Source of the DNA: Ascidiella aspersa
Taxonomy: Eukaryota
Direction: 5' to 3'
Length of the DNA: 64,000 bases
Assembly (NCBI GenBank): GCA_963924565.1
Contig: OZ004614.1
Span: 5,270,001 to 5,334,000 of the forward strand
Shown here: one piece after another, positions 50,401-61,091 of the stretch
Layout of the letters: the number at the start of each line of letters is the position of its first letter
Position numbering within the stretch: position 1 is the stretch's first letter
Made by a program: the position numbers and the translations under genes
Notes under the pieces: generated by a model
Database searches by the model: none
Told to the model about the DNA's origin: nothing
The model's input: only the letters and a program-made list of their open reading frames with translations

Positions 50401-51859
50401 GAGTAGACGGTCATGACGTAACTGTCTCCCACGCGGTCAGCAAAGCATTCCATCGAGTTGCGGAAGTGGATTTGTCGACGATCGGTGACGGAAATCTTGT
50501 TGGCAGTCAAAAAGCTGCAAAACGTTGGTTAATTATGTTTAAGCTTTAAGTATGGGGTGAAGTTAATGTAAATTTGTTTGCCACTTTCACCAACAGTCGA
50601 ATTTTGAGGCTACAGCCTTTAACACTTGATCGAATATCAACCTATCACATAAACAAATATAAACCTATCACATGAACCAACATAAACCTATCACATGAAC
50701 AAACATAAACCTATCACATGAACAAATATAAACCTATCACATGAACAAATATAAACCTATCACATGAACAACTATAAACCTATCGAGTTACGCCGTTCCT
50801 TTTTACGTTTTAAATTATTTTTTTCTTAAGGAATTAGTGCCCATATAATTAATTTTCAAGTGTCAGATCATGATAATCGGAAATCAGATCATGATAATCT
50901 TATATCACCAATAAGCTACCAACTTCTTAAAATGTAATTAGGGAACGCCTCCATACAATGTCGTTGTCTATTTTAAGGCTCACCTGTCTGGTATTGAAAC
51001 GTGTATGCTCCCAGAGTTACATCGCAGTTCCGGTTCGGCTAGGGCTGAAAATGTATCAAAATTTAATAAGAATATCAAAGCCCATACAGAAGTAGGTATC
51101 ATTTTGAACGTTTCGAATAACTCTTTATTCATTTTCAACATAGCTATGTTGAAAATGAATAAAGAGTTATTCGAAACGTTCAAAATGATACCTACTTCTG
51201 TATGGGCTTTGATATTCTTATTACGTCTGACTACAACCTCCAACCATTATGCTCCAAAGTATCAAAATTTCTTACACTTATTTTTCAAACAAAAACTTAT
51301 TTCCATTTTATTAAGCGTTATAAATGCAAGGCATATAGTTTCCCCAGTAAGTCAAATAAATTAATGGGAGTATAACTTACTCTAAAGTTTTCTGTTTTAC
51401 AATTTCTTGTTTTAACAGGAATGCCAATTTACTTATTTTTATGCGTGCAAAAACGACGAAGCAGTTGGCTTAAAGAAAGCAGTTAACTTTCGGTTACAAT
51501 CAGAATTTTCTTTCGAAAAACAGAATCTGCCTAAATCCGAATAGTGCAAAAGCAACGATTCTGGTTGCACATCAATGATAAGGATATAGTAAGTACAGAA
51601 CCTAGTAAACCGAAAAATATTTACCATATAGCATCCAAACAAACTGATTGTCGGTTTACTAAAATAAGTTCTGTACTTCTGTGTTGTTTAATCTCTGTGT
51701 TTTCCGTTAGGCGAGAAAATAATGGTGGAACTATGCATATATGAGTTAACCTAAAGCAATTAAATGTGCCTGCTGATTACTTCAATTACAATCACGTTTG
51801 CCTGATTTTTTCCCACCTGCACAAAAGGACGTCAGCAGCAGAACAGTAATTGGCTTCAT
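41456..51859 (-). CDS. Zona pellucida (ZP) module transmembrane protein, ~401 aa, 10 exons
   Basis: Exons 51859-51817, 51044-50984, 50514-50370, 49751-49612, 48695-48583, 47028-46890, 44843-44739, 44369-44303, 43093-42910, 41664-41456. All GT-AG and phase-compatible, total 1206 nt. Signal MKPITVLLLTSFCAALA; four ZP-N cysteines; ZP-C motifs DSCYAT, ARFMFQMF, VYLHCGVQIC; furin site RVKR; hydrophobic patch LTFGPI; TM helix followed by RRHKR. Extra small exons at 42125-42420 are possible. Confidence 0.85.
42455..42495 (-). ncRNA. Degenerate Penelope-type minimal hammerhead motif
   Basis: Minus strand ttga-CTGAAGA-Tgacac...gtatt-AAAACGTC-ttaa; GAAA core changed to AAAA. Confidence 0.4.
42748..42793 (-). 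ncRNA. Penelope-type minimal hammerhead motif with core G8A change
   Basis: Minus strand aacc-CTGATAA-ggtcagc tggtatct gctgcc-GAAACGTT-ggtt. Stem I aacc/ggtt; palindromic ACGT stem III. Confidence 0.55.
43719..43764 (-). ncRNA. Degenerate hammerhead-like motif related to 42748-42793
   Basis: Minus strand ccc-CTGTTGA-aattgacttgcatataggctgcc-GAAACGTT-cgtta. Confidence 0.3.
43799..44157. mobile_element. hAT-type MITE, family A
   Basis: TIR cagtgcttcttaa/ttaagaaacactg; perfect 8-bp TSD ctatagac. Confidence 0.9.
44901..45168. mobile_element. Diverged MITE, family B
   Basis: agggttcttaaactggg...aggaacccctg ends; internal similarity to 48977-49290. Confidence 0.55.
45287..46618. mobile_element. 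hAT-type MITE (outer element of a nested pair)
   Basis: TIR cagtgattcccaaact/agtttgggaaccactg; perfect TSD tattaggc. Confidence 0.88.
45390..46197. mobile_element. hAT-type non-autonomous element nested in 45287-46618
   Basis: TIR cagtggttc/gaaccgctg; perfect TSD ctttaact. Confidence 0.85.
47393..47464 (+). tRNA. tRNA-Pro(CGG)
   Basis: GGCTCGTTGGTCTAGGGGTATGATTCTCGCTTCGGGTGCGAGAGGTCCTGGGTTCAATTCCCGGACGAGCCC, the canonical metazoan tRNA-Pro sequence; TTTT shortly downstream. Intronic and antisense to the ZP gene. Confidence 0.95.
47546..47921 (+). pseudogene. tRNA-Pro(CGG) pseudogene split by a MITE
   Basis: 5' piece gctcgttggtctgggg (47546-47561). 3' piece gtctagtgtgtgactctcgcttcgggtgcgtgaggtccc...ttcaaatcccggacgatgcc (47841-47921), with a ~22-nt T-arm insertion. 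Confidence 0.75.
47562..47840. mobile_element. Decayed hAT-type MITE inserted in the tRNA A-box
   Basis: Right end ggttgagaaccagtg; flanks gtctgggg/gtctagtg both derive from tRNA GTCTAGGG. Confidence 0.65.
48121..48614. repeat. 71-bp minisatellite, ~7 copies, spanning the ZP exon 5 donor
   Basis: atggaaggcc recurs at 48165, 48236, 48307, 48378, 48449, 48520 and 48591. Confidence 0.95.
48977..49568. mobile_element. Composite MITE (family B) with internal ~22-bp tandem repeat
   Basis: ~35-bp TIR caggggttctaaaactggggtccatggaccccttgg / ccaaggggtccatggaccccagtttactaacccgtg; tgtgtaactattctat repeats at 49305-49455. No clear TSD. Confidence 0.7.
49897..49936 (-). ncRNA. Minimal hammerhead motif, U4C core variant (Penelope-like remnant ~49858-49936)
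   Basis: Minus strand ttgac-CCGATGA-agcacggttgtgc-GAAAGCTT-gtcaa; homologous to 53815-53892. Confidence 0.6.
50639..50784. repeat. 24-bp tandem repeat, ~6 copies
   Basis: Unit aaacctatcacatgaacaaatata. Confidence 0.9.
51064..51223. repeat. Perfect 160-bp palindrome in ZP intron 1
   Basis: Centre catag|ctatg at 51143/51144; 80-bp arms exactly reverse-complementary; decayed relative at 53933-54085. Confidence 0.95.
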
Positions 51860-52719
51860 CTTTGTCGCATTTCCCGAACTCATAAACCCAACAACTTTAT
51901 GTTTGCTGAATCTCAGGTAAATTATCTTGGACCTAAAGAACAGTAGCCTACGCTGTTATATTGACGATGCTACAATTATGCGTAATCCTAAGACGCCTTT
52001 AGTTTCGCGCACACCGTATTATGGACTGGCCTAAAGAACTTTCTTCGCAATGCTGTGAAACAAAACCTGTTTAACCAGCCAGCTAAACACCGCACGTTTA
52101 AAGTGCACGCCTTTATTAAACGCAGGCGCCGCGGCAGACATAAAGCTGTTCTTTCGTGTTTTTATACTTTTGTGTACGAGCAGTCGAATATAATAAATCT
52201 ATATAATTTATTTTCCAAGTTGTCTTTACATTAGGTCGGGTGAGGGCATAATTTAACGATATTCCTAGTAAACAAAATGTAAGTTCAACAAAATCAACAA
52301 GCAAGTTGAAAGCAAACTTTTTAAACTTTATTTAAACCTTTTCACAACGGTTATATAAAAAAGTGTTATCTCCGAAAAAACCTTTCAAATCTCAAAAAAA
52401 CTTCCAAAATATGTATTGCTCGCAACAGTTAAACTACAGTTTATCATCGAATTCGTCTCAATAGGCCAAACAGCGCGCAAACAAAGGCCCTCTAAACGCT
52501 CAACTAATACTGATTGCGGCATTACCGAAATCACTGTGTGTACGGCCCTGCTTTAAATTCCGCTCAGGCGCTCTACATGGAAACAAGCGTAGCCTAATGC
52601 CGTGGAATTGCCCAAGGGCATAAGCAGATCGCAGCTTGGCATCGCGAGTTTCATTTATCTCCTTTACGATCTTTAAAACAACGTGTAATGGAGACGCAAG
52701 GGCGATTCTGCACGTTTTC

Positions 52720-52800
52720 GTAAAGTACCGAGGCGCGTTAATAGGAACGCCCGCCAAGAAAAGGCGCATTACTCATTTAGAGGCCCGCCTGATTGGAGCT
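52720..52800. promoter_or_regulatory. Candidate promoter elements between the divergent ZP and GPCR genes
   Basis: Two cccgcc GC boxes and ctgattgg (reverse CCAAT) in a locally GC-rich patch. Motif evidence only. Confidence 0.25.
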
Positions 52801-53772
52801 CATTCCACCTGTCGGCAGACTCCTTTACATATTTTATTTTACGTAAAAATCTATGTTGCCTAGGAAGCCCCTGCCTTTGCTTTTGTTGTTGACATTTTTC
52901 TGTAATTTATAGAATTTAAGAAAAAAAAACTTTTGTTTCAAACAAAATGAATATGACAAACATTCCTATATACGCTGTACATTTTGCTTGCTTAGTTTAA
53001 AAAAACACTGCCGACTAATTTCGCAAAAAATGTTATTTCGATGAATTTGAATTATTTCCTTAGGAACTGGAAAGCAAACTAGAACGATATTCACATAACG
53101 AAAAAAAATTAAAATATCTTCCAATTAGAAATCAAAACCAAGTTGTCCAAGATCCGCAATGTCTGTTTTGTAAACTCTCACTTTTTGTAACGCACACCCG
53201 GTTTTAAAATGTCCGAACAATTTTAGGCTTATGCTTTGCGCCACGTTTTTCCGCCAGAAGGGTTTACCGCTTAAGATTTTATCACAGCGTTCAAGCCTAT
53301 CGTGTTACGTTCTCGCAGAAGACGGAATATTGAACAAGCTTCATGTTGTATTCTAATAAACGAGGATCGTCAAAATAATAACTGAGGCTTATTTTACATT
53401 TTTTTAGCTACACTAATAGGCAAACAAACGCACTAATTTCCATTTGCATACGTATTTCGTGGTGTTTCGTTTTGTGGTACGTCGCTAAGCGCTTCTAAAT
53501 TTATTTTGAATAACCTTGCGAATTCATTTTTTTAACCTTCCTTACAATTTATAGTAATTCACGCCGGTCTTTTACATCCCTGAATAACACACGTGTTTTG
53601 TAAACCGGAATTGGACAAAAATTATTATCTTTTTTATGAAGAAAGGCATTTTGTTTTTGGGTAAACAAATAGGAATATTTTTGTAAAACAATTGATTTTT
53701 GTTCAATTATAATTTTGGAGCATAATGGTCGAAGGTTGTAGTAACCGTAGCAAGAGTAACAAAGAACATACA

Positions 53773-53932
53773 TCTTTGTATATGGCCGTATTTGTCCAAA
53801 TTCTAAATAGAGAAATCAGGTGGCACTGTATAAAGACAAATTGTATTTGATTCTCGACAAGCTTTCGCACAACCGTGCTTCATCAGGTCAAAGTATGATA
53901 CTTTGACCTGATGAAGCACGGTTGTGCGAAAG
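53773..53932. mobile_element. Penelope-like retroelement remnant with inverted hammerhead-bearing ends
   Basis: Perfect 35-bp inverted repeat 53862-53896/53898-53932; flanked by direct repeat aaagaacataca (53761-53772 and 53929-53940). Confidence 0.65.
53853..53892 (-). ncRNA. Minimal type I hammerhead ribozyme motif with intact core
   Basis: Minus strand tttgac-CTGATGA-a-gcac ggtt gtgc-GAAAGCTT-gtcgag. Stem I ttgac/gtcga, stem II gcac/gtgc, palindromic AGCT stem III. Confidence 0.7.
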
Positions 53933-54085
53933 AACATACAGAAGTAGTTATCAATTTGAACTTTTCGAATAACTCTTTATTCATTTCCAACAGTCCATGA
54001 CCACATGACTATCTTGAACAAACATAAAGAGTTATTCGAAATGTTGAAAATGATACCTTCTTCCATATGGGCTTTGATATTCTTC
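53933..54085. repeat. Decayed copy of the 51064-51223 palindromic element
   Basis: catacagaagtag...ttcgaataactctttattcattt and ataaagagttattcgaa...atgggctttgatattctt arms. Confidence 0.8.
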
Positions 54086-54702
54086 GTACGTGTTCAATTA
54101 TATACATCGTAAACCAATATTTAAATTAAACTGTTAAAAAAACGCTTGACTTAAACAACAACATTTGCTCCGTAAACCCAGTTGACTCTTCGTACCAGAA
54201 TGCCCAGGTAATGGATTCATCTTAGTGACTTTACCGACAGTTATCAACGCTGCGGTAGTGCTAATGGATCGTCAATAGTGCATTTTATATAATTGATCCA
54301 AAGCGGACTGACTGCACTACAAACGATATTCAACCAATTTAACATGGTGGTTTACTAAGTTAGATTGTATGATTTTGTGTTGGACAGTTGTTATTATAAC
54401 AAAGCGCAGCAATTTCAAAACCGTCGTGTTTATCCTCTTAAAGGGCGTTTACGAAAATGTTTGATTTGTTTTTATAACGCTTAGAATTATTGAAAGATAA
54501 ATAAGGAATTAAAAGCCATAAAAAAACTATTTGTGAGAAAGTTGAAGAGTCGCCGCATATTGTAGTTTGCAATAGCCACTTGTCGGCTAAAATTTCCATA
54601 AAATGTTACGTTTTAATGATATAACAGAATTGTAACAAAGCATAAGTTGTCCAGCTAACTTTAAAAACACTGTTGCTTAAACGTTCAACCATTACAGGTA
54701 GT

Positions 54703-57700
54703 ATGTCAAACTATGCAGCAAGTCAAAGCACTGTAACAGTCCAGTCAGTTGTAATGGACGCCAGCAGCCCTTCGTCTCACAACTCTTCAAGCATCACCAT
54801 GCAAAACTTCACGACTCCGGACGAGGCAGCAACTTTCGCGAGTGGAGATTTCTATTCAGGAAGTGGGGCAGTTTCCCTGCAAAGGAACAGTAGCCTTCTT
54901 GGCTCAGCCGTAGCCGCCGGGAGTATTCCTCTGATATCTTTTGGAGCGAATGCTAAAGCGGTGGTGTCGAAAGCTGACCAAAACTTGACTGGAAACCAGC
55001 AGATGCTGTATCTCACAAAGTCGTGTGGATTCCCAACCTTCTGCTCAAACTTGGCCTACGAGCGTTGTGCTTTGACTGAGTTAAATCAGTGTAGCGAGTG
55101 TAGCACGGGCCGGGCCTGGGCATTCTTGGCCGGAGTTCTGGTTCTGGCTTTTTCCATTATGGCGGGAAACGCAATGGTCATCACGGTGGTGAGAAAAAAC
55201 GGAGGAAAGAGCATTTTCGACAAGATCAAGACCTCACTTGCGGTGGCCGACATGTTGGTTGGTAAGCATACGAGCACTTAAGTCGGTGTTTTTTTAATGA
55301 CTTTACTTGATTTAACTTAAGTATTTTGGGGGAGTTTGCCTTTACTTGGACATGCTAAATTTTGATTAAATTTTCATCCCTATTTTGTTTTTTGAAACAG
55401 TATCAGCAAATAAATTTACATGGTTAAAATGAAGTGTTTCGTTTAAGTATGTTTTGTAAAAAAATTGATCTATTTATCCGAATTTTCACATAAATCAAAT
55501 CGCTTGATATGTTGCGTTTTTGTTTCATTTTTTAGTTCAGGTATTGTTCATGATCGGACTAGTTTAAATATTAATATAACTTAACGTTTTATTTTATAAC
55601 AAGAACGTGACTTAAAGTTGACTCGCTCTAATTGTGACTTGACTGGGACTTGACATGCGCAACTGATGACTTGGACTGGGACTTGACTTGTTATTTATTC
55701 AAAAGACTTGAATTTGACTTAAGTTATTTTACAAATGACTTGACTGGGACTTAAGTCTTTTTGAAATGACTTGTTTATAACACTGGGAATAAGTACAAGA
55801 ACAGTTGGGAAACACTCATATAGTATGTGAGGCTGTTATTTGTGTTCAAGAATACTGCTTCACCTTTAATTTGCTATCTTTTTAATTTATTATCATCACT
55901 TTTAAACTGAAAAGGGAAAAAGACAGTTTACTCTTTAAACTTTATACATTTGCATTATAGTTATAGAAGTGCTTAACATCACTATCTTTTTCACTTACTT
56001 TATTTTAATTTCAAATTATCTAATCACATTTTGAAACTAATTGATGTTCAAGAGAACCAAATATTGCCCTCATTTTGCATATGTCTATTTTACAACGTTG
56101 ATGAATAAAAGGTTCTCTTTTATATTGTTGTACAGGGCTTCAGATCAGCCTAATCGTCCCGCGCAACTTCAGCTGGGTGCTGCGCAGCACGTCGGTAGAG
56201 GTTTATGAAAAGCAACTGGGATTACTCGGCTCCCTACAGGCGTCTTTTGGAGGAATAGCCCTTCTTTTCTGCTTCGGTTCTTCACTCAATCACTTGGCGT
56301 ATCTCAGCCTTCAGCGCTTGTACGCCGTCAGCCGACCGATATCCTATAAGATGCAGGAAGATTGGCACATCTTCGTGGGTCTTGGAGTTGTCTGGGGCTG
56401 CAGCTTGATTTTCGCCACACTTCCAGGTTATTGTTATTAGTAGGGCGAATATTTTTTGACCTAAAAAATAGGAAATTTTAACCTGCAAAATTAAAATTTT
56501 GAAAAATTTTAACCTAAATATAATTTATTTTGACAAAATTTTGACCTGTTAGAAATACATTGATTTAAATGAGCTAGGCGACATTAATCAAGCGTTTTTT
56601 ATACCGTATATTGCTCTAATAAAGATAAAATACGCTTAAAATGACTTTAAACACAAATCAAAACTTAATTGTTTTGATAAAATTGAACGATAAACATCAA
56701 AAAAAAAAAAAAATGAACGACGAATTTCAAAAAGCTGACTATATATTCTTTTAATTTTGTATACGATTTATGTGCATTTTTATTTGATTTTGAAAAAATA
56801 TTCCCCTATAGTTATTAGGGTAAAATGAGGGTTTGATGCAAAGCTTTCTTTGGCTCGAACCAATTATTCAAAATCCGTTTTTCAAGTTATTTTTTATACA
56901 AAACTACAGAAACAATTACACAAACAATTTGCTGAATAAGGCCTATATGGCAAAATAACGCTTGGAACTGTGTGGAAAGGATATGGGACGATCGGGGGCC
57001 ATCGGTCTGGCAACGGCCTTTTTGGTGTCGGCGTTAGGGTGCCACTGTTTTGGCACCAGATTATTTGTCCAAGCAGTTTGGGGTTAGTGGTGGGTAATAG
57101 TAGGGGTTAGACATTGGGTTGGGGTAAAAAGTATTCGGACTTTAGTGCGGGGAAAATTATTAGGAGAGTTTCAGCGTGGGCTGCTCGGAAAAGCACCATT
57201 GAATCATCGTTTGTGTAGGTCACAAACGTTATCCCGATATTCAACCCTGCTTAAATCAGCTATATCAAGCCATTTGATTTGTTTGCATGTAGTATATTAC
57301 GCAAATCGATTACTAGTTGATGAAAATATTTTGACCCAAATTTATTCAAACAGTCGCCCTTAGTTTATTACTGTTTCTATACAAATCCTTTTGGATAGCC
57401 TTCATTTCGTACAATAGCGTAGCTTACCTTTATTTACAATTATGTTCAAGGTTTTACGAAAACCATTTGCAGCATTTTCTGCTAGCTACATGCACAAGAA
57501 AAGCTTACAGTCCAAAAACTAAAATCAATATGAATGATTTATTCAGGAATACATATTTTGCCTTTTATTTACTTTTAATTTATCATTTTTTTTGCTGATG
57601 ACCCGGCCCCCGAAGTGTTTTATTGTTACAGAAATCTCGAGCTAAATTTATTTTTTCCTCCTAGGATAAACATAATTTTTACTTAAAACGGACGATCTCG

Positions 57701-60700
57701 CATTTTACAAGGATTTTTTTTTGTATACGTCCTAGTTATGTTTCCCGACAAGCTCGTCTTCACGTACCAACATCTTGTCTTCATGTACCTTATCTCAGAG
57801 AGGAGCGTCGCAGTGGAAAGTCGTTCGGCAGTTAACGCCCTTCTGGGCATCGTCTACGTATCACCGTTTGTCATTATGGTGAGTTTGTTAGATCAGTGCT
57901 TCTTAAATATTTTTAGTTTGGTTCAACCCTAGCATCTATCTCCAGATTTTATTCACCCTTGTCTCATGATATGATAAAACTATCTCGTCCATATATAACA
58001 GCACAAAAGGACTTAGGTTGTTTAAGATTAACTCAAGCTAAGTTTTACCATTGCAAATCTACAATTTCTCCAGAAATATAAAGCTACAAAAGCACAAAAC
58101 ACAGTCACCAAACTTTTGTACTTGTAAATTCAGTGCAAACCAACTTCACTATTACAATATGCGATAAACACCAAAAAACAACAGTTAAGTAGTCTATTTA
58201 CTGCAGAGCTTCCTTCCATTTCTGACCCTTATTCACCCCTTTTGGTTGGTTCATCCCTGCAAACATTTTATTTACCCTGGGATAAACCATTCACCAGTTT
58301 AAGAAACACTGTGTTAGACTATCTTTGGTATATAGAGTTGTAGCGTATTGCTAATGGCGTTAAACAAGTGAATATAGTTTCGAATTCAGTGATAGAATAC
58401 ATCTATTTAAAGACTGTTGTCACCATAAAAAAATGTAACATATAATATTAATCCAGCAAAAAAATCGAAAACCAGTTTGTTACTAAATGTGAAGACCTGT
58501 GAATATCATATAGGAGTGAAATCATTTTATTGTTATTATTCAGTGTTTTTCAACTCATAGGACTTGATTGATTTAGTTGAGTCGTCGACTGCAGTTTAGG
58601 CCTATACGGTTAGATTTATTGAGATGGACTAAGCTAGATTTATTTGAAACTTGAAAAAAATAGCAAAAGTATTACGAATACACGGCTAGTTTCAATTGAG
58701 CTTGAACTTATTTATGAAAAGACATCTGTATTTTATTATTTAAAAAATGTTCAGAGAAGAGAACAGGGCAGACAAAACTTCTCTGTTATGCCCATGTGCT
58801 TAGTATTTTGGTTGCTGCGACGGTTGAGAAACACTGACCTAAAACAAACAACTTTTGATTTCTGAGATATTAGGTTAGAGTGAAGAATACAAAAAAACAG
58901 TTTCAATTTTCATTCTTTTAGTTTTCTTTATATAAATTGTGATAAACACCGAAAAAACTAAAAAATATTATTAATTGCAGCGGTTTGACAAAGGCTGTTG
59001 CTTACCAATGTAGACCCGTATCAATTTTTGAGAAATCATAAACATCCTTGAAGCAAGCAATCTTGGCAATACATCATTTTTCTTTTATACAGATATTTGG
59101 CCACTTGTTGCGAACAAGTGGTTTAAAAATGCAGACATTCTCGCGATGCGAAAATTGGAAAATTACAAGGCACTTACAGTTTTAAATTGTAACCTCAAAA
59201 GTAAAACCAGGTTTACTTTAGCCTTTATAAAACCTTTAGTGAACCGACGTTCTTGACACAAGTTTAATGTACAACAGACGACCTTTAACGTGGCTACGGG
59301 CATCACCATGCGCAGATCGGTTGCGCGCAGACCGGGCGAGGATCACCATGGCAACGGCCGCAAGGTCAACAACAGAGCGACAAACCACAATCGGGAATAC
59401 GAAGCTTTTAAGACTGTCACCATTATGCAGGCCGGCTTTATACTGACATTGGGTACACACCTTTTAATCCAAATAAAGTTTGAAAGTCGCAATTCCTGCA
59501 ATTGGTGACATTCGTTTGGAAACCAACTATCCTGTAGTTTATTAAGCAAACACCAATAGCAGACCATAGATTGCAGGGGCGGATCCATGATTTGTGAAAA
59601 TATAGTCAGTGATAACGTCACAAATTTACGTCAAATCGTGACGTCACAAGTTACGTCAAAACGCCATAAGACACGTCATAAAGTACGTGGAATATCTTTT
59701 ATATTGTAATGACAAACAACTGATCGTGTGCAGCGTTAAAAATTACCTTTGTTAAGTTACTCAAACCTTCCTATTGAAATGCAATAAGACCAGCGGCAAC
59801 TTAGGGCTAAATCGGTTTTACCCAAATGGACTAGGCATACCAGAAGCGTTGTTAGGATTCCAGCAAAGCGCAAGACGTTTTTGCTTTTACGTATAGGTCA
59901 CAAAAGGCAATAGATAAAGTTTGGGGGACTTGACCATATACCCTCTAGATCCGCCCCTGATAACTTGTTAAATTTAGGATTTCAATATTGTCTGACCTGA
60001 ATTGCTAGCTTTGCTAGAGTATATTCTCCTATTACTGATCAGAAATTAAGGTAAATGATTTAAGAAACAGTACAATAGACATATATGTGTTGCCCACAGT
60101 GCCGTTGATAACTTGCTACTCACTGTTCTACGCTGGGATTCTTCATTGTGGCAACATGTCGGAAATCTATTGCATCTGCTTCTTCCTTACTATGACAAAC
60201 AGGCAAGTGCGACCGGTTTCGAGAGAGACTTTCAATTACACAATACACGTGTTGCAACCAGATTTTCATCAATTGTAATCTGTAATTGTAATTGATGTAA
60301 TTAATAACAGGTTCTAATGTAATTGTAATTGTAATGTAATTGAGGCATTTTTATTCTTTGTTATTCTAATTGTAATTGTGATTTGCTAAAATTTTGGCTC
60401 ATTACATTGATATTGAGATAATTGAAGTTTTAATACCGAAAACTGTCATTGATGGGATTAATTACAGTTTTTAATGTAATTGTAATGTAGTTGAAACATT
60501 TAGGGTGTAATTGTAATAGTAATTGAACTGAACTAATGTAATTGATCCAGCTCTGGTTGCAACATTATAAGCAATAATTTTTGAATAAAAAAACAATACC
60601 TACCGTTAATTTTTTCGACAAATGTTGCAACTATTAAAATCAGAGTCCACCCAATGGTATACCGCATAAACTGCTACATCTAATAGTTTTTCAACAAAAG

Positions 60701-61091
60701 AAAGTATAAATAAACCACTATTTGCCTGCCTATATACATTAAAGTTTCGATTTGTTAGGCTAATTTATTACTTTTTTAAAGGGTTTAATATTTTTTGTAA
60801 CTTTCAGAAGATTTATCATATGATGTTAATTTCTTTTAGGATTATGTTAGTTTCATGTTTTTCATTCAATCACATTCAATACGTTTGGTCAAACGAGTAA
60901 CACGATAGTCGTAGCTTTAACTGATCGGTTGTGTCACTTTTCACAGTCTGGTAAATGTTCTGGTGTACAGCCTCCGAGACCAGAAGTTTCGTTCCGGTGT
61001 AGCTTCCTTGTTCGGTTGTGGATCCGGCCGGCCCGAACCTCATGTAACATCGCGAGGGCTGCACATCACCACTACAACGATCCAGGAATGA
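54703..61091 (+). CDS. Orphan rhodopsin-family (class A) GPCR, ~471 aa, 6 exons
   Basis: Exons 54703-55261, 56136-56426, 57736-57878, 59278-59452, 60100-60202, 60947-61091; phase-compatible, 1416 nt. TM1 GN, TM2 SLAVADMLVG, TM3 SLQRLYAVSRP, TM4 W, TM5 P, TM7 NSLVNVLVYSLRDQKFR. Confidence 0.88.
55600..55784. repeat. gacttga-rich MITE-like repeat; related sequence ~61330-61701
   Basis: Clustered gacttgac/gtcaagtc motifs ending in aacactg. Confidence 0.4.
56441..56810. mobile_element. Probable MITE
   Basis: Ends tagggcgaatattttt / aaaaaatattccccta; flanking gttattag on both sides. Confidence 0.5.
57894..58311. mobile_element. hAT-type MITE, family A
   Basis: Same TIRs and body as 43799-44157; TSD tgttagat/tgttagac. 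Confidence 0.88.
58541..58836. mobile_element. Probable MITE
   Basis: TIR cagtgtttttcaac/gttgagaaacactg; no TSD preserved. Confidence 0.5.
59574..59959. mobile_element. MITE with CAGGGGCGGATC termini
   Basis: caggggcggatc...gatccgcccctg; flanks atagattg/ataacttg. Confidence 0.75.
60259..60555. mobile_element. hAT-type MITE with internal tgtaat repeats
   Basis: Perfect TSD gttgcaac; imperfect TIR caga....atcaatt/aattgat....tctg. Confidence 0.75.

Noticed and set aside
50980-51243. Palindrome-encoded MIPTSVWALIFLL as an exapted signal peptide for the ZP gene
   Set aside because: A better first exon (MKPITVLLLTSFCA, 51859-51817) splices in phase to the acceptor at 51045; the ORF is a by-product of the palindrome.
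57075-57130. Telomere-like gggttag motifs
   Set aside because: Few and irregular; more likely part of a decayed dispersed repeat.
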